Source of the DNA: a virus
Taxonomy: Duplodnaviria > Caudoviricetes
Strand: one strand, 5' to 3'
DNA length: 56,979 nt
Virus record (IMG/VR): IMGVR_UViG_3300042260_000461
Span: 1-56,979 of that record
In this document: piece by piece, positions 28,356-37,956 of the stretch
Layout: every line of letters begins with the position of its first letter
Position numbering within the stretch: position 1 is the first letter of the stretch
The notes under the pieces: generated by a model
The model's input: only the letters and a program-made list of their open reading frames with translations
Told to the model about the DNA's origin: nothing
Database searches by the model: none
Made by a program: the position numbers and the translations under genes

Positions 28356-28772
28356 TTACTTCTTGGACTTGGGCTTGCCGCCAGCCTTGACGTCAGGCAG
28401 GGGCTTGAGCGGGCTGTTGGCCTCGACCGGCAATGCGGCACCAACTGCGGCCTCGTCTGCGGCTTCGTCGTCTTGCTCGTCGTCGGCATCGTCAGCGGCT
28501 TGGTTGGCATCGTGGCCCTCGCCCTCGCCTTCGCCTTCGCCGGTGTCGTCGCCATCACCCTCGGCGGCCAGGCGCAGTGCAGCGTCAAAGTCCTCGGGGT
28601 TCTCGGGATAGAAATTGCCGGTACCCAGCAAATGGGCCACGGTCGCTTCATCTTCCACTTCGCCAGTCAACACGCCATCGGCGTCAGTGGCGAACTTGTA
28701 GGCCTTGCCATCGAGGCCTTGAACGGTCAGGGTGCCATCACGGCGCGCTGGGATCGAGGTTTGCAGTTTCAT
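28356..28772 (-). CDS. Hypothetical acidic protein
   Basis: GGAG RBS; Asp/Glu-rich linker. Confidence 0.65.
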   Translation of the reverse strand: MKLQTSIPARRDGTLTVQGLDGKAYKFATDADGVLTGEVEDEATVAHLLGTGNFYPENPEDFDAALRLAAEGDGDDTGEGEGEGEGHDANQAADDADDEQDDEAADEAAVGAALPVEANSPLKPLPDVKAGGKPKSKK

Positions 28773-28786
28773 TGTGGTCTCCAAAC

Positions 28787-28819
28787 AAAAAAGAGGGGGC
28801 GCAAAGTCGGCCCCCTCTT
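28787..28819 (-). terminator. Rho-independent terminator after the capsid/decoration genes
   Basis: AAGAGGGGGC-loop-GCCCCCTCTT followed by TTTT on the minus strand. Confidence 0.75.
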
Positions 28820-28872
28820 ACCTTTGGCGCTTGCGCGCCGAAACGTCACCGGCCACTGGTGCCGGATCTGGC

Positions 28873-29319
28873 TCAGGCGGCGCGGTAGAACAGCGTCAAG
28901 CCCACTTCACCAGCGGCCTTGGTGGCAGCGCCAGCGGTGAACTTGATGCCGACCTTGCGGTCGCCAGCGGCGGCGGCAGTGCGCGCCAGTTCCTTGCTCA
29001 TCACAGCCACTTGGCCACCGGCCTGGCAGACGGTCAGGCCGGAGCCCCAAACCACATCCAGATCGGTACCGGCTGCGTTGAGCAAGCCCACCGAGGCAAC
29101 CAGGGTTGCATTGGCGTTGGTGTCCAGGTCGTCGCTGTCCACGTACAGAGCCACGGGCACGGTGCCAGCGGGCAAGATGCCCACAGCGCCGATGTCGTTG
29201 GCGTCCAGGTCAGCGGCCACCAGTTCCAGCGGGTAGCGGGCTGCAACGACTTCGGAGCAGTCGCAGGTGATGGTCGGCTTGCGGCCATCCAGGTAGTCGT
29301 TCGATTTGGTGAAAGACAT
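28873..29319 (-). CDS. Capsid decoration / cement protein
   Basis: 148 aa, directly after the capsid gene, SDDLDTN motif. Confidence 0.6.
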   Translation of the reverse strand: MSFTKSNDYLDGRKPTITCDCSEVVAARYPLELVAADLDANDIGAVGILPAGTVPVALYVDSDDLDTNANATLVASVGLLNAAGTDLDVVWGSGLTVCQAGGQVAVMSKELARTAAAAGDRKVGIKFTAGAATKAAGEVGLTLFYRAA

Positions 29320-29354
29320 TTGTGTTTCTCCTGTTCAGTTTGCGAATCGCCCGA

Positions 29355-30470
29355 TCAGCGGGCGGCTGCGGCGGTGTCCAGAGAGAACACACCGAAATCT
29401 TGGCTACCGGCCTCGGTATCGAAGCGGACCTTCTTGATACCGAAGATGGCGGAGGTCGTGATGACCACCTTGTCGCCGTTGTCACGGGTTTCCTCGTGCC
29501 AGTCGTAGCGCAGGTTGGTGCCAGGCGAGCCAAAGGCGACCACGGCAGCCTGGGAGCCCAGGAACAGACCGCGAGCGGATTCCACGTTGCCACCTGCGCC
29601 AGCGTTGGCGAAGCGGATGACGTTGCGGTGGCTGTGCAGGATGACGCCGCGATACATGCCCAACGAACCCTTGAACAGGGGCGAGTTGCGGCCTTCGGCG
29701 GCAGCGGCGGCCTTCTGGATGTCCATCCACTGGCCAGTCTGCGTGTTGGCACGCAGATCGTCCTCTTGGAAGGTGTGCATCACGCACACGAAGGTCTCGT
29801 TGCCATCGATCTTGCAGGGCTGCAAAACGGGGATGTTGGTTGCGCCGCCGCCTTGGCTGTCAGCCTTGGTCTTGGCACGGTCAACCAGACGCAGGTCGAA
29901 CTTGTCGGCAGCGTCCAGGTTGTTGAAAGCGGTAGCGTCACCGCCGAACAGGTTGTGGTTGCTGTCCGGGTTGGTCAAACCGTTACCTGCGCGGCCTGCG
30001 TAGTTCAGGGGCAGCAAGAAGTTGGGGTTCACGCCGCGAGCGCCCGACAGGTAGATGAACATCAATTCATCCATCAGGCGAGCCCACCAGCTGGACTGCT
30101 GGCGCTTGGCCTTTTCGCGCAGATCGTGCAGCGTGCGCTTGCGGGTCATGCGACCGCCAGTGTTCACACCGCAACGAGCCTGATCGACGTAGATCTGGTC
30201 GGTGTAGAACTTCTGGCCTTCTTCTTTGCCTTCCAGGATGTCCTCGCCTTCGACGGGGGCCATCTTGAGTTCGGCAAGCAGGTCGTAGCTGATCTGTTCG
30301 CCAGCGTCCGATTCCAGATCGGTCAAGATCTGAACGGGCACTTCGGCCTCAGAGCCACGCGCCATGAAGCGCTGGTTGAAATACGACTTCTGGGAAGTGT
30401 CGTGGGCAAGCAGACCAGCCCAGCGCTTGACTGCCTTGGCGTCATTGACGCCGATGATGGTACGAGCCAT
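29355..30470 (-). CDS. Major capsid protein, N4-gp56 family (DUF4043)
   Basis: 371 aa; DLESDAGEQISYDLL, DQARCGV..RKRTLHDLR; strong RBS; follows the scaffold gene. Confidence 0.9.
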   Translation of the reverse strand: MARTIIGVNDAKAVKRWAGLLAHDTSQKSYFNQRFMARGSEAEVPVQILTDLESDAGEQISYDLLAELKMAPVEGEDILEGKEEGQKFYTDQIYVDQARCGVNTGGRMTRKRTLHDLREKAKRQQSSWWARLMDELMFIYLSGARGVNPNFLLPLNYAGRAGNGLTNPDSNHNLFGGDATAFNNLDAADKFDLRLVDRAKTKADSQGGGATNIPVLQPCKIDGNETFVCVMHTFQEDDLRANTQTGQWMDIQKAAAAAEGRNSPLFKGSLGMYRGVILHSHRNVIRFANAGAGGNVESARGLFLGSQAAVVAFGSPGTNLRYDWHEETRDNGDKVVITTSAIFGIKKVRFDTEAGSQDFGVFSLDTAAAAR

Positions 30471-30547
30471 GGAAATACTCCTTCAAGGTTGAACTCAAAG
30501 GGAGCACTTCCTGCGCACCCGAATCACATGGCCGATAGGCCACGTTC

Positions 30548-30745
30548 TTACTCTGTCATGCTTGGCACGCCATCGGCGTCCCTGCACGGCTGCTTTTCGA
30601 TCTTCACATCGCGCGGAGCAGTGACGCGCAGACGCGCCAACTGCCCGCTCTTTTGCACAAGCTCGACCGTGACCACATCCGACAACGCCAGACGTTCGCC
30701 TGGGCGCACGTCGATGATGAGACTCGACAGTCTGGTGTTTGCCAT
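30548..30745 (-). CDS. CsrA-like small beta protein (65 aa)
   Basis: LIIDVRPGERLALSDVVTVELVQKSGQLARLRVTAPRDVKIEK matches the CsrA-fold pattern; TGATG coupling. Confidence 0.6.
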   Translation of the reverse strand: MANTRLSSLIIDVRPGERLALSDVVTVELVQKSGQLARLRVTAPRDVKIEKQPCRDADGVPSMTE

Positions 30746-31719
30746 CAGCGGCCTCTTGCCCACTTCTCCCGCTGTGCGGGCGTCATCTTGGCAATGGCCG
30801 ATTCGAGGGCATCACCTTCGAGCGCATCGATGTCGGCAAACTCGCCAGCCACATCGCCAGGGCCATCGCCGCCAGGCACTTGGGCCAGCGTAGCGGGCAT
30901 GGCAGCCACTGGGGGCTTGCGGCCTTCATTGGCAGCCTTGGCAGCGGCAGCGGGGTCGGCCTTGGGTGCAGGGGCCACATCAGCCACGCCGTGCAGCGCC
31001 TTCACGCGCTTGTGTGCCTCGGTCAAGAACCAGTCCATGGGCTTGTCCGAGTTTTCATCACGCGAAGCCAGCACGCGCACAAACTGATCGAGGTCGGCTT
31101 GCTTGGACAGGTCCTTGCGATAGTCGATCCCGCCCTCTTCCTTGGCAGCCGACATCACAAAGCGGTCAACCGTGGATTTCCACTGGTTTTGCGCGGTCTG
31201 CTGGGTCATCTCCTGGGAGATCTCAGCCTTGATGCGGGCTTGGTTCAACTCATCGCGGCGCGTGAGCAGTTCGCCGCGCTGCAACTCGAATTCGTCAAAG
31301 TCGATCTCGCCGGACTTGAACTTGGCCTTGAGGTCGGCTTCCTGGGTGGCCAGGGTCTTGACCTGATCGTCGTAGTCGCTGGGCAGCTTGGCGTCATAAG
31401 TGGCCGTGACCGCACTGGGCGGCATGGCGGGCTCTTCGACTGCTGCTGATGCGGCGGGCTTGGCCGGTGCCGGATCGGTGTTGGTCGTTGCTGCGGCAGC
31501 TGGTGCTGCGGGTTTGTTCTCGGCGGCGGGCGGTGCGTCCTTGCCTTCTACGGGCGGGGCGCTGGGGTCGTCGTCGTCGCCATCATCGTCACCGTCATCG
31601 TCTGCGATGCGGCGCATCGCTTCCAGTTCGGCCTCGCTGTGCTCGGGGTCGTTGATGGCCGCGAGTTCTTCGGGGGTCATGGTGTCCAGGATGTCCTGGT
31701 CAAGAGTTGCAGCACTCAT
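30745..31719 (-). CDS. Capsid scaffolding protein
   Basis: Acidic N-terminus and coiled coil; lies between portal/lysis and the capsid gene. Confidence 0.75.
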   Translation of the reverse strand: MSAATLDQDILDTMTPEELAAINDPEHSEAELEAMRRIADDDGDDDGDDDDPSAPPVEGKDAPPAAENKPAAPAAAATTNTDPAPAKPAASAAVEEPAMPPSAVTATYDAKLPSDYDDQVKTLATQEADLKAKFKSGEIDFDEFELQRGELLTRRDELNQARIKAEISQEMTQQTAQNQWKSTVDRFVMSAAKEEGGIDYRKDLSKQADLDQFVRVLASRDENSDKPMDWFLTEAHKRVKALHGVADVAPAPKADPAAAAKAANEGRKPPVAAMPATLAQVPGGDGPGDVAGEFADIDALEGDALESAIAKMTPAQREKWARGR

Positions 31720-31747
31720 GCGCGCTTCCTTTCGGGGGGTTGAAAAA

Positions 31748-31936
31748 TCAGTCCTGGGTGCCGCCAGCCACCTTGGCGGTTTCCATCATTCGCTTCTTGG
31801 CCATGGCCTGCACCTTGGCGTAGCGCTTGGCGTCCTGCTTGATCGCCTCGGCTTCAATCATGGTGCGCAGGTCAGACTCGACGCGCCACTCTTCATCGGC
31901 CTTGATGAGGACTTCAGCGGTTTTGTTCTTGGCCAT
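31748..31936 (-). CDS. Hypothetical protein (62 aa)
   Basis: AAGGA RBS; EWRVESDLRTMIEAEAIKQDAKR. Confidence 0.65.
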   Translation of the reverse strand: MAKNKTAEVLIKADEEWRVESDLRTMIEAEAIKQDAKRYAKVQAMAKKRMMETAKVAGGTQD

Positions 31937-31995
31937 GGTGGTTCCTTGTTGGGGGTGTGAATTGATCGGGCAAATCTGCCATGCTTGCCACGCCG

Positions 31996-32029
31996 AAAAA
32001 GAGCCCCGGCGCTTGGGGCAACCGGGGCT
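31996..32029 (-). terminator. Terminator after the lysis cassette
   Basis: AGCCCCGG..CCGGGGCT followed by CTTTTT on the minus strand. Confidence 0.65.
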
Positions 32030-32061
32030 AAGGGCGGCTCGCGCCACCTTGGAGACAACTG

Positions 32062-32556
32062 CTATTGATCGCCATTCAGGGCGCGCTCGGCGGCTTTGTA
32101 TTGGGCTTGGCACTGGGCAAGCTCGGCTCGAATGAGATCGGCTCGGGCAGCTTCCCCGACAAGAAAAGCAGCATCCGGTCGGTAAAGCTGGCCTCCAGTA
32201 CAGCCTTGGGCACTGGGTCCAGGCTGGGCAGGCGCGGCGGCTTGACTAGGGGCATCGGCTGGGCGGTCGGGGCGCTGGCGCAGGCTGTCAAGAGCAGCAT
32301 CACGCTGGCGAGTAAGGCGAGCAATCTCACGGTGTTTCTCCTGTCGGTCTTCGTCTGCCTGGCGCTGGAGGGTTTGTTCACGGGCGCGGGCGCGGGCTTG
32401 TTCGTCGGCATGGGCCATGGCGGTCTTGGCGCGCTCTTGGTCCCACATCTGAGCCACCTCGGCGCGCCCATCACTGCGGCCCACCACGTAGCACTTCCAG
32501 CCACCGGCCAGCATTGCCACGATGGCCAGGATCACGGCAACGATGCGCACGCTCAT
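32062..32556 (-). CDS. i-spanin (Rz-like)
   Basis: N-terminal TM helix plus coiled coil; follows the endolysin. Confidence 0.8.
   Translation of the reverse strand: MSVRIVAVILAIVAMLAGGWKCYVVGRSDGRAEVAQMWDQERAKTAMAHADEQARARAREQTLQRQADEDRQEKHREIARLTRQRDAALDSLRQRPDRPADAPSQAAAPAQPGPSAQGCTGGQLYRPDAAFLVGEAARADLIRAELAQCQAQYKAAERALNGDQ
32076..32330 (-). CDS. o-spanin (Rz1-like lipoprotein) embedded in Rz
   Basis: GTG start, signal peptide with lipobox LTAC, Pro-rich mature part. Confidence 0.75.
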   Translation of the reverse strand: MRLLALLASVMLLLTACASAPTAQPMPLVKPPRLPSLDPVPKAVLEASFTDRMLLFLSGKLPEPISFEPSLPSAKPNTKPPSAP

Positions 32557-33026
32557 GGCCTGGCACCCTCGCCCATGCACTGGGAAAACTCGGACTGGCG
32601 GCGGATGGTCAGGCCGCGCACGGGCTGGCCCTTGAATCGGTCCCAGCGCAGGATCTGGCGGCAGGCGTCCTCGTACTGTTCCTGGTTGAGCAGTCGCACC
32701 AGCGTGGAGGTGCAAAAGAGCGAAGAGCCGATGTTGTAGGCCAGGCTCACATAGGCGTCATATTCGTGCTGGTGCAGGGGCACGCGCACGCACTGGCGTA
32801 TCGCGCCCTCGAACTTCTGCACATCGGACAGCTTGCGTGCCAGGGCCTGGGGCGGCGTGGTCCGGTCGCCCATCTTCACGCCATCGGTTGTGCCAAAGCC
32901 AAGCGTGGGCACATCGCCCGGTACCGGAATGATGGCCTGATCGGTGTAGCCTTCCTTGAGCGCAATGCCCACCAGGGCGGCAGCACTCAGGGCCAGGCTG
33001 GCAATGACCGTGCGCTTGGACATCAC
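32553..33026 (-). CDS. SAR endolysin, GH24 lysozyme
   Basis: Hydrophobic N-terminus; EG..D..T catalytic pattern; YNIG; GLTIRR. Confidence 0.9.
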   Translation of the reverse strand: MMSKRTVIASLALSAAALVGIALKEGYTDQAIIPVPGDVPTLGFGTTDGVKMGDRTTPPQALARKLSDVQKFEGAIRQCVRVPLHQHEYDAYVSLAYNIGSSLFCTSTLVRLLNQEQYEDACRQILRWDRFKGQPVRGLTIRRQSEFSQCMGEGARP

Positions 33027-33247
33027 TCGTACAGCCCCATGCGCCGGTCATGCTCGGCCTGCTGGCGCTTGTCCTCTTTGTGCCGGTAGTACCAGTTCAC
33101 AAAGAAACCGCCGACAGCCACAAGCAGGCCGATCAGGATGGTGAATTCACTCGATAGCACCCAGCCCATGACGCTGGTGCCCGCGCCCGTGTACGTCGCC
33201 TTGCTGGCTGCGGCGCTGATCGTGGCTTCAAGTGTTGGTTCCTGCAT
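33023..33247 (-). CDS. Holin
   Basis: Small TM protein with VNWYYRHKEDKR tail, upstream of the endolysin. Confidence 0.8.
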   Translation of the reverse strand: MQEPTLEATISAAASKATYTGAGTSVMGWVLSSEFTILIGLLVAVGGFFVNWYYRHKEDKRQQAEHDRRMGLYE

Positions 33248-35609
33248 TGGTCTTTCCTGCTTGATTGAGTTCATTGCGTGCCTCGATGGAGCGCATCACG
33301 GTGTCGAGTCGGTCTTGGAGGGCTTGGATCTTCTTGTCGCTGGTCGCCTGGATCTCGGCCACGCGCAGACGGGTATCCGCATCGATGCGGGCCACTTCCA
33401 GCTTGGTGTCGGCTTCCTTGTTCATGCGGATGGTCTGATTGGCCAGATCCGCCTGAGCCTTGCGCAGTGCCTCGGTCATGCGATCGATCTCGTCATTGGC
33501 CTGCTGGCGCACCTGCATGAGCGCGCCCTGCACGTCCTCGCCAGGCTGGCCACCACCGGCAGCGGCTTGGGCTTCGGTTTCGAGCTTGGCGGCGCGGGCG
33601 TTGAGTTCGCGGATCTTGGCCGCCTGCTCTTCCAGTGCCTGCATGGCCTGCTGGCGCTGCATCTGCAAGGCCTCGGACTGCTGGGCGGCTTGGTCCTGGG
33701 CGGCCTGCTCTTCCTCGGGCGTCATGGGCTTGTTCGGATCGCGCTCGCCCGTGAGCTTGCGGATCTGGTCGGCCACCTCGTCCTTGTTGGGCAGGTCCGA
33801 GAACTCCATGGCGATGGTCATCAGGCGCAGCGCCACCTCGGGCGGCAGGCGCGTGGCCATCTGGTTCAAGGCCTCAAACATCACCTGGCGCAAGGTGCCC
33901 GAGTAGTCCTGCTCAGACACCACGAAATCGGCAGCGCTGGCCGTAATGTCGTTGATGAAGCGCACGGAGCCATCGGCCTGCACCTCGGGCACGTTGATCT
34001 TGACCCACTCCAGCGCGCCCTTGGAGCCAGTCAGGCGCACCACCTTTTCTTGGGTGTAGAACTGCTCAGTCAGGGACAACTGCTTTTCGCCCTGCACCTG
34101 GGTGGCAAAGCGCAGGTTGTCAAAGGGCTCGGTCGTGACCACTGAGCCCTGCAACTGGCGGGCTTTGATGGCCTCGCCCGAGACCGCATTGGTCTGGCGG
34201 CCTAAGTTCTCCTGGCTCACACCGGCTGACTTCTGGATGCTCTGGGCATCCATGGCCATCATCTGGATCTGGCCGGTGGCGGCATCGGTGTCGCGGCGGA
34301 TCTCGATGGACTTGCCTGGCTTTTTGACGATCAGGCCATCGGGGCGGTCGGCCTCATCGCGCAGCACGTCCATGTCATCGACTGCGCCCTCGTCGGCAAT
34401 GACCTGGTTGGTGTTGAGCATCCAGAGCGCTTTGGATGCGCGCTTGTTCAGATCCTGCTGAATGTCGCGCACGCGCCGGATGATCCCGTAGGGCAGGCGG
34501 TCCCGCCCACGGCGGTAGCACCAGACGGGGGTGAGGCTGAAACGGTTGTGCCGGAACATCGATGGCCCCATGCCCAGCATGTGGCTCTCGGTGAAAACGG
34601 CGATGTGCACGCGCATCATCACCTTGTCCACGATGTAGCTGCCCGACCTGGCCACGGCATCGACCATGGCCTGATCGCCTTGGTTCAGGATCAAACCCTT
34701 GAGCGGGCCATCGGATACCACCTTGACGGTGGCGGGCTTGCGGTACTGGCACTCGATCAGCTTGACCCTGCGGCGCTTGGCGTCCGCCAGTTGGCCAACA
34801 CCGCTGGCGTACAGGGTGCCGGTCTTGACGTTGTTCATGTCGGCGGGCGAGTACCAGGTGTCCTCTTCCCATCCGTCCGTGGTGTAGTGGGCGGCCTCTT
34901 CCACGGCTGAGGCAATGACGTGCCTGCGCCCTGGGAACATCATCAGGGCCACGTCCTCGTCCACCCAGCGCCAGCGGAACAGGTAGCGCGAGTCGGACAG
35001 GTCCAACTCGTAGCCCGATGAATCCCAAATGACGTTGCGCCAGTCCTCGTACTTGCAGTACAGGATGTCTTGGGTCGGGTCATCACGCACCCCGTCATCG
35101 ATCCAGCCCACACCGGACTTCACGGCATCGGCAAAGGCGCGGGAGCGCACAAATGGCACACGGTTGATGTCGCTGACGTACTTCAAGACCTTGGTCTTGG
35201 TGTCGGCCATCTCCACATCGTCCTCGGTGCGCGGCAGCACGCGCCAATCCACACGGGTGCGGCGCTCGGTACCGATCACCCAGTCCACCATGGGCGCGAC
35301 CTCGTTGTAGACCAGCGGCATCTGGCCGCGATCACGCAGCACCTGGGCATCGTCCGGGTCCCACTGGAGGTTGTCGTAGAAGTCGGCATCCATCGCCATT
35401 TCCAGGCGGTTGAGCGACTGCTTTTCCTTCTCGTGATAGAACCACTCCAGCAGCTTGCGAAGCTCGGAGCGGGACTCGTCGCTGTCCAGCGGGTCGGCCT
35501 TGGGGTCCATGACCTCGCGGCCTTCGCTGGCCATGGTCTGCGCCTGGCGGTTGAAGTAGTCCTCACCTGGTGCGGTGTTGCGCTTGACGCGCACATCGAG
35601 ATCAGCCAT
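33228..35609 (-). CDS. Portal protein (P22-like)
   Basis: 793 aa; FYDNLQW, RGQMPLVYN, SGEAIKARQ, C-terminal coiled-coil barrel. Confidence 0.9.
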   Translation of the reverse strand: MADLDVRVKRNTAPGEDYFNRQAQTMASEGREVMDPKADPLDSDESRSELRKLLEWFYHEKEKQSLNRLEMAMDADFYDNLQWDPDDAQVLRDRGQMPLVYNEVAPMVDWVIGTERRTRVDWRVLPRTEDDVEMADTKTKVLKYVSDINRVPFVRSRAFADAVKSGVGWIDDGVRDDPTQDILYCKYEDWRNVIWDSSGYELDLSDSRYLFRWRWVDEDVALMMFPGRRHVIASAVEEAAHYTTDGWEEDTWYSPADMNNVKTGTLYASGVGQLADAKRRRVKLIECQYRKPATVKVVSDGPLKGLILNQGDQAMVDAVARSGSYIVDKVMMRVHIAVFTESHMLGMGPSMFRHNRFSLTPVWCYRRGRDRLPYGIIRRVRDIQQDLNKRASKALWMLNTNQVIADEGAVDDMDVLRDEADRPDGLIVKKPGKSIEIRRDTDAATGQIQMMAMDAQSIQKSAGVSQENLGRQTNAVSGEAIKARQLQGSVVTTEPFDNLRFATQVQGEKQLSLTEQFYTQEKVVRLTGSKGALEWVKINVPEVQADGSVRFINDITASAADFVVSEQDYSGTLRQVMFEALNQMATRLPPEVALRLMTIAMEFSDLPNKDEVADQIRKLTGERDPNKPMTPEEEQAAQDQAAQQSEALQMQRQQAMQALEEQAAKIRELNARAAKLETEAQAAAGGGQPGEDVQGALMQVRQQANDEIDRMTEALRKAQADLANQTIRMNKEADTKLEVARIDADTRLRVAEIQATSDKKIQALQDRLDTVMRSIEARNELNQAGKTNAGTNT

Positions 35610-36033
35610 AGGTCACGCCCTCTTTTTCCACTCGGATGTCCTCGCCAGCCAGGGCCTGGCCATCTGCGCGCAACTCCATGTGGCCAAAGCTCGCCCGGTG
35701 GTACTCCTTGGGCGGCGATGAAGGCATGCGGATCAGGTCGGGCAGTGCGTCAATGACGATGCCCGCGATGCGGCGGCAGTTGGTGGGGGTTGGCTCAATG
35801 CCCAGGACTTCGCAGGCCTTCATGGACTTGCGCACGACCTCGGGCACGTTGCGGGAGTTCTCGTCATCCCAGGTGAATGCAGCCGACTCCATGACGATGA
35901 ACCAAGGTGCACCGGCCCGGAAGGTCGGCACCATCACCATGGCCCGCTCGTCGTTGACCCAGGTGAAGATGGTTGTGATGTCGCCGTGCTGGCGCGTCAG
36001 GTGCGCTTTGCGCGTGTCAATGGTTGCTGGCAT
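35602..36033 (-). CDS. Hypothetical phage protein
   Basis: 143 aa, overlaps the portal start, preceded by the late motif. Confidence 0.7.
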   Translation of the reverse strand: MPATIDTRKAHLTRQHGDITTIFTWVNDERAMVMVPTFRAGAPWFIVMESAAFTWDDENSRNVPEVVRKSMKACEVLGIEPTPTNCRRIAGIVIDALPDLIRMPSSPPKEYHRASFGHMELRADGQALAGEDIRVEKEGVTYG

Positions 36034-36147
36034 GTCGGCCCCAGAATGAACTGGGGTCCAAAAATGCCATGCTTGCCACGGCTCAGAGGAATGTCAGGCC
36101 TCAGTCAGGCGATATCTGCATAAGTCAATGTCAAAAAAGGAGTAAGC

Positions 36148-36381
36148 ATGAAGTCACTGAAAAGCCTGTCCGTATTCCTCTTGGTTGCATTGCTGGCAGC
36201 CTGTGCCACGCCACAAGAACGGGCAGCCAGAGCAATTGAACGTCATGGCCCTTATTGCGAAGGTCTTGGTTACTCTCGCGGCACGGAATCGTTCATCAAC
36301 TGCGTGCGGCAGGAGCAGGCGCGGGTCGAGTACTTGGTGAACTCGTACCAACAACCTACTCAAATCAAGGTGAAGAAGTAA
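36148..36381 (+). CDS. Moron lipoprotein (possible superinfection exclusion)
   Basis: AAGGAG RBS, lipobox LAAC, opposite strand between terL and portal. Confidence 0.75.
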   Translation: MKSLKSLSVFLLVALLAACATPQERAARAIERHGPYCEGLGYSRGTESFINCVRQEQARVEYLVNSYQQPTQIKVKK

Positions 36382-37956
36382 TCAAACCGCCATGGCCGAA
36401 CCTCGACGCTTGAACGCACCTGCACCAGGTGGACGCGGCGCAGCGATGGCGGTCATGAAGGCGGTACCGGCATCGGCAGCCTGGCCAAACTGGCGGAAGG
36501 CGTCAGAGCCGTGGCTGTTGTCGTCGTGTTCGTGCTGGTCAGACCAGCAACCACGTGTCTTGTCCCACTTCTTGCGGTAGTTGCCCAGGCGCTTGAGGCC
36601 CTGGGAGCACTTGCCCTCATCAAACCAGCAGGACGAGAACACATTGCGCGTGGCCTGAATGCCTGCGGTCAGGTTTGTGATCCTAGGCACCACCTCAAAG
36701 CGCTGGCCAGGCATCAGGTTTTCCAGCATTTCCTTGAGCGAGCGGTTGGTGTCCGGCGTCTCGCCCATGCGCTTGTGATCGGCCTCATGCGGCAGGTAGT
36801 GGCGGCCAAACGGCAGGCCCAGCCCCTGGAGGTAAGTCGTGTAGTGAATGAAGTCCTCGCCGCTGGCCTCGTAGTAGCCAATGAAGCGGTTTTCAGGGCC
36901 AATGCGCTGATGCAGCCAAATACAGGTCATGTCCCCGCGCCCGATGTCCCAGAAAGTGTTGACCGGCACAGCCTCGATTGGCAGGTACGGCACGATGCGC
37001 CCTTGCTTGCGGGCGTTGGCCAACTGTGTGGCGTAGTAGCAGCCCTCGGTCGATACCTGGAAGGCCTCATCCGGGTAGCTGGGGTATTCCTGCCACATCA
37101 ACGGGGCCTCGTCCGCGAAGTCGGCGCGCATGGTGGTGACGTACCAGGCACGCTGGCCCTCGGTCAGCACTCGCTTGATCTTGCCCTCGACTTCCAGGAA
37201 GTACTTGAGGTTGGCGTCCGTGAACACCACGCCCTCGGGGTCAAGGGTGTAGTTCGGCTCTTCCCACCAAGGGAAGAAGTGAAAACGGTAGTCCTTGGCC
37301 GTGAGGCTTGAGCCCTGATCGTGCAGCGCCTTGGCGCGCATGGTCATGTCGTAGAAAGGCCCGTCCTGCCCTTCGGCGGTTGACTCGATCACGGCAATGC
37401 CGGTCTTGGGCACGGCGGGCAGCGAGCCCGTCACCACCTCGCGGGCCTTGTCCGGAAACTTGGCGGCGATCTTGCCGAACTCGGACACGTGCAGCCGGTG
37501 GATGGTGCCGCCGCGCACAGATGTGGCCACACGGATGCTCGATCCGTTGTGCGCCCACAGCAACTCGCTCTTGTTCTCGCTCTTGAGCGGCATGGCCTCG
37601 CGCAGCGTTGACTCAAGGTTGTCGTAGGCGAACTTCACCTTGTCGCGGAAAATGGCCTCTGCGGTCTCCCTGTCCTGGGCGATGATGCCGCACCGGATTG
37701 GGTCCTTTGAGAAGAGCGCGGTGTCCAGCCACAAGATGGCGATCAGGGTTGTGAAACCCAACTGCCTGGCCTTGAGGATGATGTTGCGCGTGTGCATCCT
37801 GGCCATAAGGCGGCGCTGGGCGCGGTTGGGCTTGAACTGCACCACCAGCCCAATGTCGGCATCGTCGTCGCCCTTGATGATGATCTTGTAGAGGTTGCAG
37901 ATCCTCCACATCGGATCGTTCAGGTGCTTGGCCAAGGTGGCAGCGTCCAGCCCCAT
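36382..37956 (-). CDS. terL: Terminase large subunit
   Basis: LKARQLGFTT Walker A, LHVSE Walker B, ESTA, WDIG, SHGSDAFR. Confidence 0.95.
   Translation of the reverse strand: MGLDAATLAKHLNDPMWRICNLYKIIIKGDDDADIGLVVQFKPNRAQRRLMARMHTRNIILKARQLGFTTLIAILWLDTALFSKDPIRCGIIAQDRETAEAIFRDKVKFAYDNLESTLREAMPLKSENKSELLWAHNGSSIRVATSVRGGTIHRLHVSEFGKIAAKFPDKAREVVTGSLPAVPKTGIAVIESTAEGQDGPFYDMTMRAKALHDQGSSLTAKDYRFHFFPWWEEPNYTLDPEGVVFTDANLKYFLEVEGKIKRVLTEGQRAWYVTTMRADFADEAPLMWQEYPSYPDEAFQVSTEGCYYATQLANARKQGRIVPYLPIEAVPVNTFWDIGRGDMTCIWLHQRIGPENRFIGYYEASGEDFIHYTTYLQGLGLPFGRHYLPHEADHKRMGETPDTNRSLKEMLENLMPGQRFEVVPRITNLTAGIQATRNVFSSCWFDEGKCSQGLKRLGNYRKKWDKTRGCWSDQHEHDDNSHGSDAFRQFGQAADAGTAFMTAIAAPRPPGAGAFKRRGSAMAV

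Noticed and set aside
32076-32330. Nested lipoprotein gene as a novelty
   Set aside because: Standard embedded Rz/Rz1 spanin arrangement.
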